Shown here in pieces: positions 30,852-45,675 of a stretch of DNA of 64,000 nt (position 1 is the first letter of the stretch; every line of letters starts with the position of its first letter). The stretch comes from Chrysomallon squamiferum (taxonomy: Eukaryota > Animalia > Mollusca): positions 6,634,001 to 6,698,000 of the forward strand of contig CM022675.1 of the NCBI GenBank assembly GCA_012295275.1, given 5' to 3'. Made by a program: the position numbers and the translations under genes. Under the pieces are notes generated by a model, which was not told the DNA's origin, did no database searches, and saw only the letters and a list, made by a program, of their open reading frames with translations.

Positions 30852-30982
<131 letters not shown>

Positions 30983-31370
30983 TTCCTTGTTTCATTTGAG
31001 TCAGTACAACCTTAAACATATTTTTGCTATGGCTTGGTGTCAGAAGGTTGCTTGTTTTGGGGTTTTTGTTTTTTTAATTTCATCGCTAGGAAGTGAAAGA
31101 TAATAACTCATGACAACTCGATCTGTGGTGATTTTGCTTCGAGTTATAAACTGACAGTTACTGAATACTTTATTCTCTTGTAACCACGAGAAGAGACTTT
31201 AATCCGATGTTAAATCAGATAAATTCTAAAGGGAGATAACATCTATCAATAAAATATATTTTCGAAAGGGGGCGGATCTTGAGATATACACGCAAGTGAT
31301 CAGTTTTACGGGGGAGGGGACTTTTTTATTTGTTATTTCGTTGTTTTTCTAATACATGTATGTGACATAT

Positions 31371-31420
<50 letters not shown>

Positions 31421-31547
31421 ATATATATTAAAAAAGAAATAGAAGAAGGAAATAACGACAAAAACAGTGATGTCATGATCAATTAAATCTACGAAGAATA
31501 TAAGGTTAACCTGATAATCAAAGAAAAAAAAAAAAAAAAAAATTTCT

Positions 31548-31644
31548 TCTTTTTCTTTTGGTCTTTCAGACAATAAACCTGGGTCATTTTATAATATTCA
31601 ATACACCTCAGTTATGAAATAAAAACTGTCCATTTTACTCAGAT
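31548..31644 (-). repeat. Dispersed repeat family B, copy 2 (inverted relative to copy 1)
   Basis: Reverse complement aligns to 22289-22416. Confidence 0.8.
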
Positions 31645-32945
31645 AATTGGATGATCATAATAAATATTAGTATTAGTATTATTATTATTATTATCATCAT
31701 CAAAATCGTCATCATCATCGTCGTTTTCCCATTGCTATCAGAAATACGGTTTGCATACCAAAATATCAAACGTAAACTTGACGTCAAAACATTTAGCAAA
31801 TTGAAAATATTAAGTGTTCCTTTATCGTCATTTAATCTGCCTATGAACATCACAGAAAGATCGTTTAACAGATCTGTCTTGCAAGTGAGATACCAGCCAC
31901 TGCTAATTTGTCTTAGCCCACAGCGAGTTGATTCTCTGTACGGGTTTAGGGTAATGTCGGTTACACGTTCTCCTCCGGTGTAATTGACACCGGGTTTCCG
32001 TTTGGTTTGCAGTTTAATTTGGCTGATCAATGCCTGAACAGCTCCGGGAACGACTGACTGTCGTCGGGTATGAAATGTGCTAGAATTAAGTAAAATTCCG
32101 AAAAGTTCTTACTAGCAGTAGAAAAAAAAAAAAAAATTAAAATTTAAAAAATGAAAAAAAAAAAAATAAGAAAAGAAAATAAAAAATGAAAAAAGAATAA
32201 GAACATTTTAAAATATAAAATCAAAATAAAATACCTCGTCAACATAAATAAATAAACTTTTTAATTAGTTAAGAAACAATAAATAAATACAAACAAAGTA
32301 AAATAATTAAAAATTAAGTAATAGACAGATAAACAGATAGACAATAGACAGATGGACAGATAGACAGACAGATATAGATAGATAGACAGACAGACAGACT
32401 GATAGATAGATAGATAGATAGATGGACAGACAGATACAAATATTAATAATATAAATAAATCAATAAAAAAACCAAGTGTCATTAAATACACGATACACAC
32501 ACACATACACACATGCACACACACATACACACATACACACACACGTAAATATCTAATTATACTTTATCACTGCATCTACTTAGCAGTTCTGCAGCAAGAT
32601 ATAAAACTCTCTTGTGTATTTAACAAATACCGCCCACCCCTCACACACATCAACCGAAAAACCTTTTACTGACACATGTTATATCCCTTTGGATTTTATT
32701 AAATTTAACATCTGACTAAAACCTCTTCTCATGGTTTCAAAAAGGAAGAAAATATTTACTAGCTGTCAATTTGTAACTTCGAGTAATATCATATTTCATC
32801 GATTTGTCATGATCTGTTATCTTTTTCTTCTCACCGATGAAATTTTAAAAATGGGAAAATGTTTGACATTAAATTAAAGCGAAAACAAGTTTAAGGTTAT
32901 ACTGACTCGAATGAAATAAGAGATGTAAATGACACAGAGAGAGAG

Positions 32946-33028
<83 letters not shown>

Positions 33029-33092
33029 ACAAGAAAGAGAAATGAGAAAGAAAGTGAGACACAGATAGGAAGACAGACAGATAGATAGATAA

Positions 33093-33123
<31 letters not shown>

Positions 33124-35021
33124 TGGATTTCATGAATAGATAGATGGAGAGAGAGAAGAAAGGAGATAAGACATTAATCCAGACTTCTATTACAATTATT
33201 AGAATGCACTTCAGAATGTTTCGTTATTTTTCTATAAAGTTTTCTGTTTTCTTTTTTTCATTTTTTTTTTCAATTATTATCATTTTATTTTAATTAACAC
33301 TGAACAAAAAAAAAATTCTAATCAATACATCACACCGACCTTCTTTTTTTTTTTTCAGCATGAAAAGTTTTTAATTTAGAGAAAAACAACCCTACCCTCC
33401 CCCCCCCAAAAAAAAAAAAAAAAATCAAACAAAAAAAAACCCCACAAAATAAACAAAAAACATCATCGACGATAGACGTATCTGGAACCTTACAAATTCA
33501 GTTTACATTAATTTCTAATTTGACAAGAAATGTGCCGGAAAACGCGTATTAATTGTGTTCTTTCGTCGTTAAAAAACTTACCAAATCTCCTTCGCTGCTA
33601 TAATTAACTTCCCCAGAAGTGCAAAGTAAACGCAACGCTAATAGTTTTCATAGCGTTTCGTAATAGAAGTGTTTCTGAAATTTAAAATAAAGAAAGAAAG
33701 AAAAAAAAAAAGAAAGAAAGAAAATGAAATCATTTAAAAAAAAAAAAAATGAAGAAATAGCTGTTGATGAGCATCTCCATGTTGAAAACATGGCGATATA
33801 ATCTTGAAGAAATGATAATAAAGAAAATGAAAAGGAAGAGAATATGATCATTAATATTTCATTACGTCGGTTTTAATCATTTTTTGCTTCCGTCTTCCTG
33901 CATTTTTATTTCTCTTTCTCTCAGAACTATCGTCTGTTTGTCTGTCGTATATATATATATATATATGTATAAAACATAATATAATATATACATATATATA
34001 TACATACATACACACACACATATATGCATTTTTATTTGTATCTGTCTGTTTGTCTGTCTGCCTATATATGTGTGTGTGTGTGTGTTTTTATATATGTGCG
34101 TTTGTATACGTACGTACATACACACATATAAATACATACATATAGACATATATTTCGACATACATACATGCATATATATATACGACGTACATTCATATGC
34201 ATGCACGAACACATACATAAACACATACACACTCATTCACAGAACAGGATTTCAGATGTCAAAGTACACTCGCACTGGTCAAAAACTCAGGCAAAAGTCC
34301 TTGACTGTGTTTATGCTTCTCAAGACCAACATAAATTATTACTGACTTTGAAATTAGACACGGTCTAGCAAAGTGAGATTTGCTAAGTACTGAAAGAAAA
34401 CAGCATTTAATCGATGTAAAACGCAGGTTTTCATGTCGATATGTAGTTCGCGGTTCATCTTGAACCAGAGAATGACGTCATTTATAGTTATTTCGAAAAT
34501 AATTTGTTTAGAAAGCGTTTCTGGAAATCTGCCACAATCTTGCACGCGCTGTCTGCATTAATCTACGAAAGTGGTCTGAAAAATACCACGATAACATGTT
34601 TTTTAACTCTCCGTATGGTAAAATTTGAAGCTATTGCGTCATGAAATAAAGATGAGAAACGTGATAGTATTTGTTTAGAAAGCAGAATCGGGAAAACACG
34701 TCCATTTCGTTTACAACTGAATGGTCATAAGCGAAATCTTCGGAAAGAGCGATTTTAAGCGCTTTAGAACATTGATTTTCAAGAAACACTTTTAGTAAAT
34801 CTTGTAGTTTGTTCTATTCAGATTAAATACATATACATACGTAATAATGAAAATGATGTTCCTTGGAGAAAAATAAAACTTACAACTACAAAAACAAAGA
34901 AAAAAGTAGAAGTAAAAAAAACAACTAAAAATAAAGGCAAATAAATAATAATTTTAAAAATAAAAATGCAAATAAATAATAATTTTAAAAATCTTAAAAA
35001 ATAGTATAGTAGTATTATTAT

Positions 35022-35061
<40 letters not shown>

Positions 35062-37574
35062 TTTTTGTAGTAGTAGTAGTAGTTTTGTAGTAGATATAGT
35101 AGTTTCTTTCTTCTTTTTTGTTTTTGTTTTTGTTCCTGCTTTTTTTTTTATTTGTTGTTGTTTGTTGCTGTTGTTTTCATTTCTTTTGTTTCAATAATAT
35201 GTTTTTAACAGATATCCTTACATTAGAGAGACTTTTATGTATAAAAATATTTTATATAATCTTCCGTCAGCAAACAAGCGGCATCTCACCCTTTGTCTCG
35301 TTAATTCACTGAAATAAAAATATCTTATTTTGATAATTTAATAATAGAAAAAGCAGATCTTTAAATATTTTATATTATATCGTTAGAACTGTTAGCATTG
35401 TTTTGCGCCGTTTTTGCCCGTGAGCCAAGGTTTTAAGATGCATTATCGATCTGAATTCGTTATTTGTATTAATCAGTAGTGACGTCATTTCTAGAAAAAA
35501 ATTATATTTTTAAAATATTCTACTCCAATTCCAGAAAAAAAAATTAAAATTAAAATAAAAAAATACAACATAAAATCGAAACTTTATCACCACTATGTAA
35601 ATGTTATAGATTCTAATGCAACATCATGCAGTACTTGACAAACTGAATCGAATGTAAACTATGATGTCAGACCGATATAAATTATGACGTCAGTCTGTGT
35701 TTGGAAAAACACATTGGATCATGGGATAGAATGAACAGCATTAATTTGCCATTTCGTTTCTTAATAATTATTAAAATCGACAAAGATTCTTTCCGCTGTT
35801 TTGTTTGTTTGTTTTTTTGTTGTTGATTTTTTGCCTAAATCTTCAAATATTTCTCTAAATCTTTACTGTATAAAAGAATTGTAGTGAAAAACAATTTTTT
35901 TTTTTTTTTTTTAGGTTTCGATATCTGAAGTAGCTAAATTCTTGATTTATTTTCTGCTGTTTATGAGAGAGTGAATATGTCAGAAAAATGTCTGCTAAAC
36001 AATAACAGCAGCAGGAGCAGTAATTATAAATACATTATTATAAAACTGATGACATTTATTGACGATAAAATCATGAAGATGATGATAATGATATGAAAAT
36101 GATGAAGATGATAACCAAAATGATTATGCAATAGAAGAAATTATATCAATGATGGCAACGAAAATCATTTTGATTATCGTGTAACAATAAACACTTTCAC
36201 CTAATCTATCTTTCTGTCCATCTATCTATATTTCTCTGTTTGTCTTTCTTTCTAGCTGTATGTACGCTTGCCTGTCTGTCTGTCTGTTTGTCTGTGTCTA
36301 TCCATCTATTTATATATTTCCATATGTTTATACATCTATCTTTCTTTAGGTTACTGCATATATGTGTTTATGTATTTCTATCTCTGTTATGTCTATGTAT
36401 ATCTTGTCTATCTCTCTATTTGTCTATCTGTCTGTATGTTTGTCTGTCCATTACCTATCTCATTTTTATATAATCTGCAGTCAAGCTATATCTCATCACA
36501 TGTCAATATCTTACGTTTTTACAGACAGTTTTAAGTCAGTATCTAAACAAGAATCGTTCGTGCTATTTTGAGTGAAATTAGTTTTTAATGATTATCAGGT
36601 TTTTCAAAATGTTTTCTGTCTGCCTCTTTCCTGCTAAATTACATCAACTGTCAAAAAAAATTAATCTGCTTGTCATCGTCGAAAAAAAAATGACACGTCA
36701 CGATCACGTGATGAAATAATGTTGCATACGCAAAAAAAACATGCGTCAGTCATTAGTTAGGTTAATTTATTCTAATAATTTAAATATTTTGCTTATTACT
36801 ATTAAGAGCTTTTTATTAAGAAGTCATATGTAATATTTAACTTGTTTTTTCTTCTTCAACTTTCTTCTCTCTGTTATATCCTATCCTTTTGACGACTTTT
36901 TTTTCTTCTTCTTTGGCTTTGCTGGTATTGTTCTGTGTTGGTGTATGTTTATGTTTGTATGTTTGTCTGTGTGTTTGGTGCATGATGAATATGCACGTGC
37001 GTCATATTGTGCATAATTATGTTATACTTGTGTCAGTGTTCTTGTGTATACTGATCTCTTAGCAATACTTATCGAGTGTGTGAGTGTGTAGTTTTGTATA
37101 TGTAGTGTCTGTGTTAGTGAAATGTTTTATACGTTTATAGAGTAGTTTATTATGTTTGTATTTGTGAAGATTTGTGCAAATGTTTGTCTTAATTTAAGGA
37201 TTTTTATACATTTGTAAAGTAGTTGTGTATATGGTGGTTCTATCTTAAAGACGTCGCACCAGTACTGTGGCCTTCGCACGCAAATTTAGTTGTATATATG
37301 ATTACGTTGCACTGTTACGCAAAGAAATGAATATAATTAAATGATGCGTCTGTCTTTATGTTTTTGTGTTCTTGAGCCTGGAGATGTGTATTATTTTGTG
37401 TTTTGTTTGTCCAGTTGTATTAAATTTTGTCTATATTACGTTTGTAATGGTGTTTCGTTTTTGCGTATGGATTTTATGTTATGTCTATATTTGTTGAGAG
37501 CCTATAAGTTCTGAGGATTGAGTTTTGTAATACATTATATCTGAGTTTGTTAAACTAAATATAATTGGCTCCAA

Positions 37575-37720
37575 GCTTACATATTCTCTACAAAACTGGA
37601 GTTATATTTTTTGGAGTCCACATATCGAAAAACATAGACTGTGAATCCCTTAGACAACATACTGATAATTTACAGTTTTGTAATATTCAAGAAGATATTT
37701 CCTGAAACAACGATGGCCCC
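37575..37720 (+). mobile_element. Possible highly decayed CR1/L2-clade LINE ORF2 relic
   Basis: Frameshifted pieces LYKT / KLE / FWSPHIEKH / NIQ-RR / PE echo the CR1-type motif LYK..RP.LEY...WSPH.KK.I..LE.VQRRATK.IP. Confidence 0.3.
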
Positions 37721-38330
37721 AGTATCACTATGACGTGGCCACAGTTCCTCCAATATCTCTGTCAATTCTTTATTTGTTCAGTCGGTTTCTTACGAGTACC
37801 TTCGCAAATTAATAAATTCGATCCTGAATTCAAACATCTTAGACTGTTTTTTTTTTTTTTTGTTACCCAATAACAGTGCACAGTGATCATCTGAGATGGA
37901 CTGGTGATTCGATTACGTTTACTCGTAATTCTTAAGAAAGCTGTTTAGCGGTACAGTACAAGGGAAAACGATCCATCGATATCTCTTCAAGTTTTGCAGC
38001 ACTGCAAAACGTTAAAGTTTAGTTTCACGTAGAAATATAACCAATACTGTTATATTTAAAGTAAATATGAACTGTGTAGTTTAATTTGAAGGTATAATAT
38101 TCGCTATAATAAATCAAGAAACAAATATTTGTTCAAGATTTTAGACCCTTTAAAATAAAAAAGAAAAAAAAAAAGAAAAAGAAGATACGATTTAAAAAAA
38201 AAAAATAGGTCGTATTATGAATACGTTGAGTGAACTTCAGTATTATATCTGTAATGGATGATGATGATGATGATGATGATAATAATAATAATAAGAAGAA
38301 GAAGAAGAATTACTATTATTGTTATTGTTG

Positions 38331-38394
<64 letters not shown>

Positions 38395-40249
38395 CGTTGT
38401 TGCTGTTATTCGACATCGTCATCGCCATCACCATTGTCTACGAAATGGTCTTCTTCTTCTTCTTCGTCTTGATAAACATATAGTAGGCCTATTGCTTTCT
38501 AAAAGGCACATACAAATAAACATGTATTCCATGTACTGACAGATATTGTATTATGTAGGTAACACAAGGCAGACATGATTACGATAAACATGCCACATTG
38601 CAAAGAATTAAATTTTTCACTTATACACGAAACAGAAATCCTTAATCAATAAGTATTAACATAAACAAATAAACAAACAAACAAAAATTAATAGCCGACT
38701 TCCGCGTAAAGTAACAGCAATGATTTTTACTGATTCTTGAACAATCGAGTTTCGGTGTTCCAGATAATTCCTGTCAACATCGACTCTTTAGAAAGCAGAC
38801 GATAATGATTCCTCGCCTTTGTAACACTTCACGTTAAAAAGCGAGACCGGAAGCCATTATTTAATTCCATTTTTTTTTTCTGGTTTGAAGTGTCAATGAC
38901 GTTTTGCGCGAATTATATAATTTTGTTTTCTTATTTAATTTTTTTTATAAAGTAATTAAGTAGTAATGGGATTTTTGTTGTTGTTGTTTTTAATGCTTTT
39001 TATTTTTATTTTTAAATTTAATACTTTGCAACCACTACCACAATCACTCTTGTGACTGAACTCATTACTGCTATCACTAATTCCGTTAGTTATACGATTA
39101 CCACCGTTTTTGTGTTTTTTTGTTTTTTGGGTTTTTTTTTTTTTTTTGTTTGTTTGGCTAATGCTGGACTACCACTGACATTAATACTAAAGAACATCCT
39201 CAACTGTGATAAGTACAATTATTACTATTAATAATACTACTGCTTCTACTACTACTACAGTTATTACTACTGTTATTACTACTACTATTAAAGTAAGAAC
39301 TGCAACGAAATTTTATTATGACTACAATTATTAAACTCTACTATTACTACTACTACTGTACTACTACTACTGCTACTATTACTAGTAATACTACTACTAC
39401 TACCGCTGCTATTACTAGTACTACTACTACTACTACTGTCAATACCACAATAACTACTACTGTTGTTATTATTATGAATAGTTATAGTTCTTGTAATAAT
39501 AATAATCATAATCATAACAACAATAATAATAATGATATGGTGATGATAAGGCAGAATCTAAGATCACTGGCTTTTAAAATTAAGCGGAAGAACAAATCGT
39601 TAAACAGTTTTTTATGAGTGTCTATTCTTTAATAATAATAAAGAATCTTGTTTGGTAATAAATAAAGCGGTAGCTTGGAATAAATGGAGCAGTTGTTTCT
39701 TTCATTTTTTTTTTTTTTTTTTAAATTATTTATTATTATTATTTTTTTTTTTTTTTTTATTTATCATTATTTTTTTTTTATTTATTATTTTGTCATGTGG
39801 AGGGGAAATATCGCACTGTTCAAACATATCAAGCAGACTTTCTTTCAAAACTGAAAGGAGAAAGAAATATGTTACAACTGACAGCCTCGGAAAATTTCAG
39901 TTCATGGCTGATAAATATTTGCATTTTCCCTCGCTCATACCACAAAAGAGTTTACCGAAGAAACCGTTAAACACAGCGATGTACCGCAATGAACTGCTCA
40001 AGTATTTATTCTCTCGCCAGATATCCGTGAAATGGTTCCGTTCGTAGCATCACCACTGAAATATCTGACACTTATACAACAATGTAAAATGCAGTATAAA
40101 TATTGAAAGAGCCATTTTTTTTTGGGGGACTGACTGATGGACGTTTTCGTTTTCTTAAGAGCTTTTGTGTTTTTCTCTGTCCCCGGTGTTAAAACATGTG
40201 GAACGTTTCCTTCGTGAAACACGTATTAATTTTCGAAGCATTAATCCCG

Positions 40250-40660
40250 TTAGTAAATAAATCTGTTAATTTGTTCTGTAACTTGTTATATTAGTGATTA
40301 ATTCTGTCAACTTATTCTGTAACTTTTTATATTAGTAAATAAATCTGTTAACTTATTCTGTAACTTATTATATTAGTAAATAATTCTGTTAACTTATTTC
40401 TGTAACTTGTTATATTAGTAAATAATTGTTAACTTATTCTGTAACTTATTATATTAGTAAATGATTCTGTTAACTTATTCTGTAACTTATTATATTAGTA
40501 AATAAATCTGTTAACTTATTCTGTTCCTTGTCATATTAGTAAATAAATTTTAACTTATTCTGTTCCTTGTCATATTAGTAAATAATTTTGCTAACTTCTG
40601 GATAAAAATATTATTTAGTACCTTTCTATAATAGTAAATAATTCTACTAAATTCTGGGTA
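40250..40660. repeat. 41-bp minisatellite (TTAGTAAATAAATCTGTTAACTTATTCTGTAACTTATTATA)n, about 9-10 copies
   Basis: TTAGT recurs at 40250, 40291, 40332 and onward. Confidence 0.95.
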
Positions 40661-42159
40661 AATTATTTCATTAATTTATATCACTGATACGTTCTCCTAA
40701 TTTGCCTACTGAAACATCAATATGTCTCTTTGTATATAAATAAATAACTCTGTTTCTTTTTGAACTAATTATTACTATATCTTTTTATGTTTTAAATCAT
40801 TGTAGTAATATGTATTTACATGTGGCTTTTTGAGTAGACATTATCTCATATATATAAATGTATCAGTGCGTGTATGTGTGTGTGTGTGTGTGCGTGTGTG
40901 TTCAAATTATTATTTTTCTTCATGTTTTTAAATAACCAACATTAGCATGTGTAAACAGATCTTTCCTTGAGACATTCCACAGTAATAAAATATATTGTGA
41001 CCGTCTGAAAAAAATAATATACTGCCTTTAATTATTCCGTTGGAAAAGAACAGTGAATCGATTTCCTGCTATTATTTAACTAATACAAATAGAAGATGTT
41101 TATTTATTCAAACTTCGACATTTACTTGAGAGAAGGATTTTTATTTTTTATTTTTAAATTTTATTATTATTATTATTATTTTCTAATTACGTTGTTAAAT
41201 GCATTGATCTTTGAGAGACTTTTTTTTTTATTACAGAAAGAAATTAAATCATAGGTAATATGATACGTAGAAAAATGCTGAAATTCTGTAATTCTACCAT
41301 CTCTTTCTCTACATAAAACGCTTCCTGAAGTCCGTAGCCATTACTCCTTACCAAGCCATAACGTCTTAGAACCACAGGACACCACAAAGCTGTAAATATC
41401 ATTTGTGAATTACGCTGGTCATTCAAGTACTTGCTTGCTGCCCTCAGGTTATCCGGACATCTTTGCAGAGGGCAACAGGAACTCTCCAATTTGTCCTAAG
41501 CGTGATTTAAGCACAGGACTGCGCTCGGTCATTACAGGTTTTGCCCGAGCGAGTTGTGAATGGAAGAGAACAAACTAGCAGTAATAGGCCTTTAACCAAT
41601 ATATCATGGGTCTCAAACCGCAGTTATTTTGTACGATAGCACACTAATGAAAACGATTAATGCTTATCTCTTTTCCGAAGAATGAAATCAGTCTCAGAAG
41701 AGGATGGTCTGCTCAAAGATGTCAAATGATTTTCGACGTCCTATTATTTTTACACATTTTGTTCCCACTTCTGGCTGATTTTACGTTTAGATGGTTTTGC
41801 GATTTACATGATTTCCTCAATTGTATCAAAAGACTCGGTAGCAAGGCGTTATCGTTGCTGTGTTTTTTTTTTTTTTTTTTATCACAGAAAAGGAATTGCA
41901 ATGGTATAACGATAGGCATAACGACGGCAACGTTTCTGAAAGATTAAAAGCAGTAATTGGCGTGGCGGTCGTTGTAGTTTTAATAGGCATAAATAGCTAA
42001 AAGTGGCTATTTAGAATCATTGTCGACCACGGGAATGTCGAAACTAGCTTTAAAGAATAAAGATTTAGTATATTAGCAAGCAGGCTAGCTTGTATAAGCA
42101 GAGATATTTGCATTGATCGAGGACACGCTCGGAATCTTGAAATAAAAAAATCAATAGTC

Positions 42160-42730
42160 GTAATCGTAACAGTATTATTATCGTAGCATTTGTAATAGAA
42201 ACACTACTGGTAGCAGAAGCAGTAATGTAGTATGTGTAATAATAGTAGTTCAATAAAACTACTAACAGTAGTAGAAGTAGTAATCGTAGTAGTCGTAACA
42301 ATAGTTCGTTAGGAGTAGTAATAGTAACAGTAGTTGTTGTTGTAGCAGAAGTAGTAATCGGAGTAGTAACAGTAGTAATGGCAATGATAGTAGATTTAGT
42401 AATACCTGTATGTGTAGTTGATTGTTGCATTAGTAGTAATTATAGTAATAGTTGTCATTGCTGTAGTAATAATAGTCGTTGTTGTAGTAGTAGTAGTAGT
42501 AATTATAGTAACAGTCGTTGTTGTAGTAATAAAAGTATAGCTGTAGCAATTAAATGATAGTGGTTGTTGTTGTAGCAGTAGTAGTTATAGTAACAGTCGT
42601 TGTTGTAGTAATAATAATTTATAGTTGCAGCAGTAATTATGGTAATAGTCGCTGTTGTAGTAATAATAGTGTTCGTAACGATAGTGATAATGGTGGTTGT
42701 TGTAGCAGTAGTAACAGTGACTATAGTTAT
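42160..42730. repeat. Degenerate (TAG/TAA/TTG)n low-complexity tract
   Basis: Direct reading. Confidence 0.85.
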
Positions 42731-44053
42731 TCAGAAGATGTTTTTGTTTCTCTTCATTCAAATGCGTCTTTACACTGGTTTTCAGTTTCATTGGAATTAT
42801 TGTTCTGACAAAATGCGTTGTCTAGACAGATATTTATTTCGATACTCAATAAACGGTCTGCGGCGCTGGATTACAAACCTGTTTTATTGCCTTCCAAATT
42901 AAACACAAACTTGATCGTTTCTTCGTGATCTTAATTCTAATTGACTCAACAGACTGAATGGCTCGGTCGTGATTCGAATCAGGAACAGTCTCCGAAAATG
43001 ATCTTTACGTAGCCTCTGTTGACACTTTTTGTCAAAGACTCGGTAATGAAATAGTGTCGTTAATTCTCTTTTGCAGTACTGGTCAAGCTGAATTTATTAA
43101 GTTTATTTAAACAGCTGACAGTTAGCGTATGTTAAAAATAAATAATAATGTATCGTCCATTTTAAAGTTTGTATGCTTTATTAGTCTATTTCATATACAC
43201 AGACACCTACATACATAAAAACGCACGCATGTACGCATGCATACACGCACATACGCACAGGGCCAGATCTTACGCACTTGTCAAGGCAAAGTTTTTGCAT
43301 TGCTCGACCTCCAAAAATTGCAAACATCGATTTTTGAAAAAATTAAAAAGCACAACACTTGAGACTGCGTAATCTGTTTTAAATTGCAAGAATAACTATC
43401 ATAAGACGCCCAAAGCAGCAGTGTTAAACACACAATATCCATTAATATGCCTAAGGCCTTGTTACACCATGCTTTGAGACAAATGGGTTTTCACTTAAAA
43501 CACATATAACGCTCCATGTGATTTGCAATGCAAAATAATAAATAAAAAAAACAAAAAAAAAAAAAAAAATGAAGATAATAATAATAATAAAAAAATGTTC
43601 CCTTTTTGAGTGTGTGGATAGAAATAAGAAATAATCAGAACAGTTTTTGATTTGAGCAATAAGTTATGGATATGGAAAATAAAAATTTTAAATAACAAAA
43701 TGATTGCATCAGAGGTCAGTAATGCTCCTCTCTGAGGTCTGTGGCTACTTTCTTGGCCTAATGGTAGCACCACCCATGCAAACCCACACACATCATCAAT
43801 ACAACATGACGACAATTTGCTATGAAATGATAAAATCTGCAGAATTTGATTATTTCGTCATAATCAGGATGCAGTAATTTTAATAATGCATTGACAACAG
43901 CATAAAAAATTAATAAATAAATAAATAAATATGATGATGATATAAAAGTGATGATAACAACAACAACAAATACATTATACTAACAACAACAACAATAACA
44001 GACACCAATAATAATAAAAAAAAAAAAAAATAGATATAGTGATTGAAAATATT

Positions 44054-44059
44054 TTTATT
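44054..44059 (-). terminator. Candidate polyadenylation signal AATAAA with a downstream U/GU-rich element
   Basis: Minus strand reads AATAAA, then CA ~10-15 nt later, then a long U run and GGUGUCUGUUAUUGUUGUUG; many upstream UGUA; coincides with the compositional boundary. Confidence 0.4.
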
Positions 44060-44179
44060 GCCAAAGAATTACAAAATTGGAATAACAACCATATAATTGA
44101 TTTGTTGTACACATATGTCGTTTAAAATGTACATGAAAGCGAAACTGATTCACAGCGATAAACTATTCACATACGAGGT

Positions 44180-44700
44180 AAAAGTTAACAAACTTATTTT
44201 CGTCAATATAATATAAAAATTTACAAAACTATTTTCATCATTGTAATATAAGCATTTAAAAATAGTAATAATGATAATGATGATGATAAAAATAATAATA
44301 ATAATTACACGACTACAAAATAAGTACTACAAATTTACAGTTATTTATTTGATTACAACACAAGTATTGCAAATTTACAATAATATGTACATGATTTTAA
44401 CAAATATTACATGTTTACAAAAGAATTTTACATGATTGTAACATAAGTATTATTAATTAACAAAACTGTTTACTTTTTTAAAACGTAACCATCACAAACT
44501 TAAAATATATAAATAAATAAAATAACAGATTTCGTGACTTTAAAGTACCTACTGCATATGTTTACAAAACCACGTTATTGTGACACAGTACAAGCGATCT
44601 TATTTACATGACTATAAGTATTGTAGTTATACAAATTATGATTATTTAGCAAGGATCTCTACTTTAAAAAATATTCACATGATCATTAGATAAGTATCAA
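44180..44700. repeat. Degenerate ~40-bp minisatellite (AAATTTACAA...TACATGATT...AAGTATT)
   Basis: TTTACA/TTAACA blocks at ~44331, 44371, 44411 and 44453. Confidence 0.65.
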
Positions 44701-44924
44701 ATATTTTTTCCAAAATCTTAAAGTGTAATTCAAAAAAATAAAAATAAAAAGGTAGATTTATATCCTTTAACAGAAGAATTTTGCCAGTTCACAATATATT
44801 GAAAAATAATAATAATAATAAATACAAATTTAAAAAAAAAAAAAAAAAAAAAAGAAAGAAAAAGATAATTTCCTTAACAAAGAGTTTTACAATATTTTTG
44901 AGTTTTACAATATTTTTTAATCAA

Positions 44925-44957
<33 letters not shown>

Positions 44958-45675
44958 TTTTTTTTTCTGCCTAATTCCGATTTACGGAAATGAACGACAA
45001 TTTTCTTTATCCTTTTCTAGGATTCGCTGATGAAAACGTAAAAAAAAAAAAAAAATAAAATAAACTGAATGGAGTCACCTTGCTGATCACCCTAGCACGC
45101 TACATTACTTACATCCCTAGTCTAAGGGAACAATGCGTAACAGAGTAAACAAGAAACAATGTATACCAATTTGAAAAGGTCGTCTGCATTTGCAAATAAC
45201 GAAATGCACAAAGCCTGTATATATATATATATATATATCAATATATCATACATAAACTGAAACTGTATTTGACTATGGTTTAGCATAAAAGCAATATCGA
45301 TTCCAGTATTTAACGAAAAGTTTAATCTGGATGATGAAAAGAATGAAATTGCGGTGTCAGAACTGTTAACTGCCGCCGAGAATGTTGTGATTTACAGACA
45401 CTTTTGACAAATTAAGTTTCATATTTTCAAGCCACAAATCAGAAGAAATCGATTTAAATATTAAACATACGTGACCATGTATCCGGCTTCAAGAAAAACA
45501 ACATTAGAAGTGTTTTAATTTTTGTCTGTTCAACACGATTTCGTGTTTTACGTTTTCGTTATTTATTTTTTATATTTTAAGTATCCTTGGTCTAGAAATC
45601 TTGAGCACCTCGGGTCACAGTTTTTCCGGATACAAGGTCTGGTAAAATAATTTTATATTTTTTTGTCTCCAATAC

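Noticed and set aside
31635-32030. Overlapping 110-aa and 131-aa ORFs on opposite strands
   Set aside because: Partly a microsatellite translation, with no recognisable domain or exon boundaries
43754-43790. Pol III A-box-like TGGCCTAATGG
   Set aside because: There is no GTTCRA B box at proper spacing and no cloverleaf
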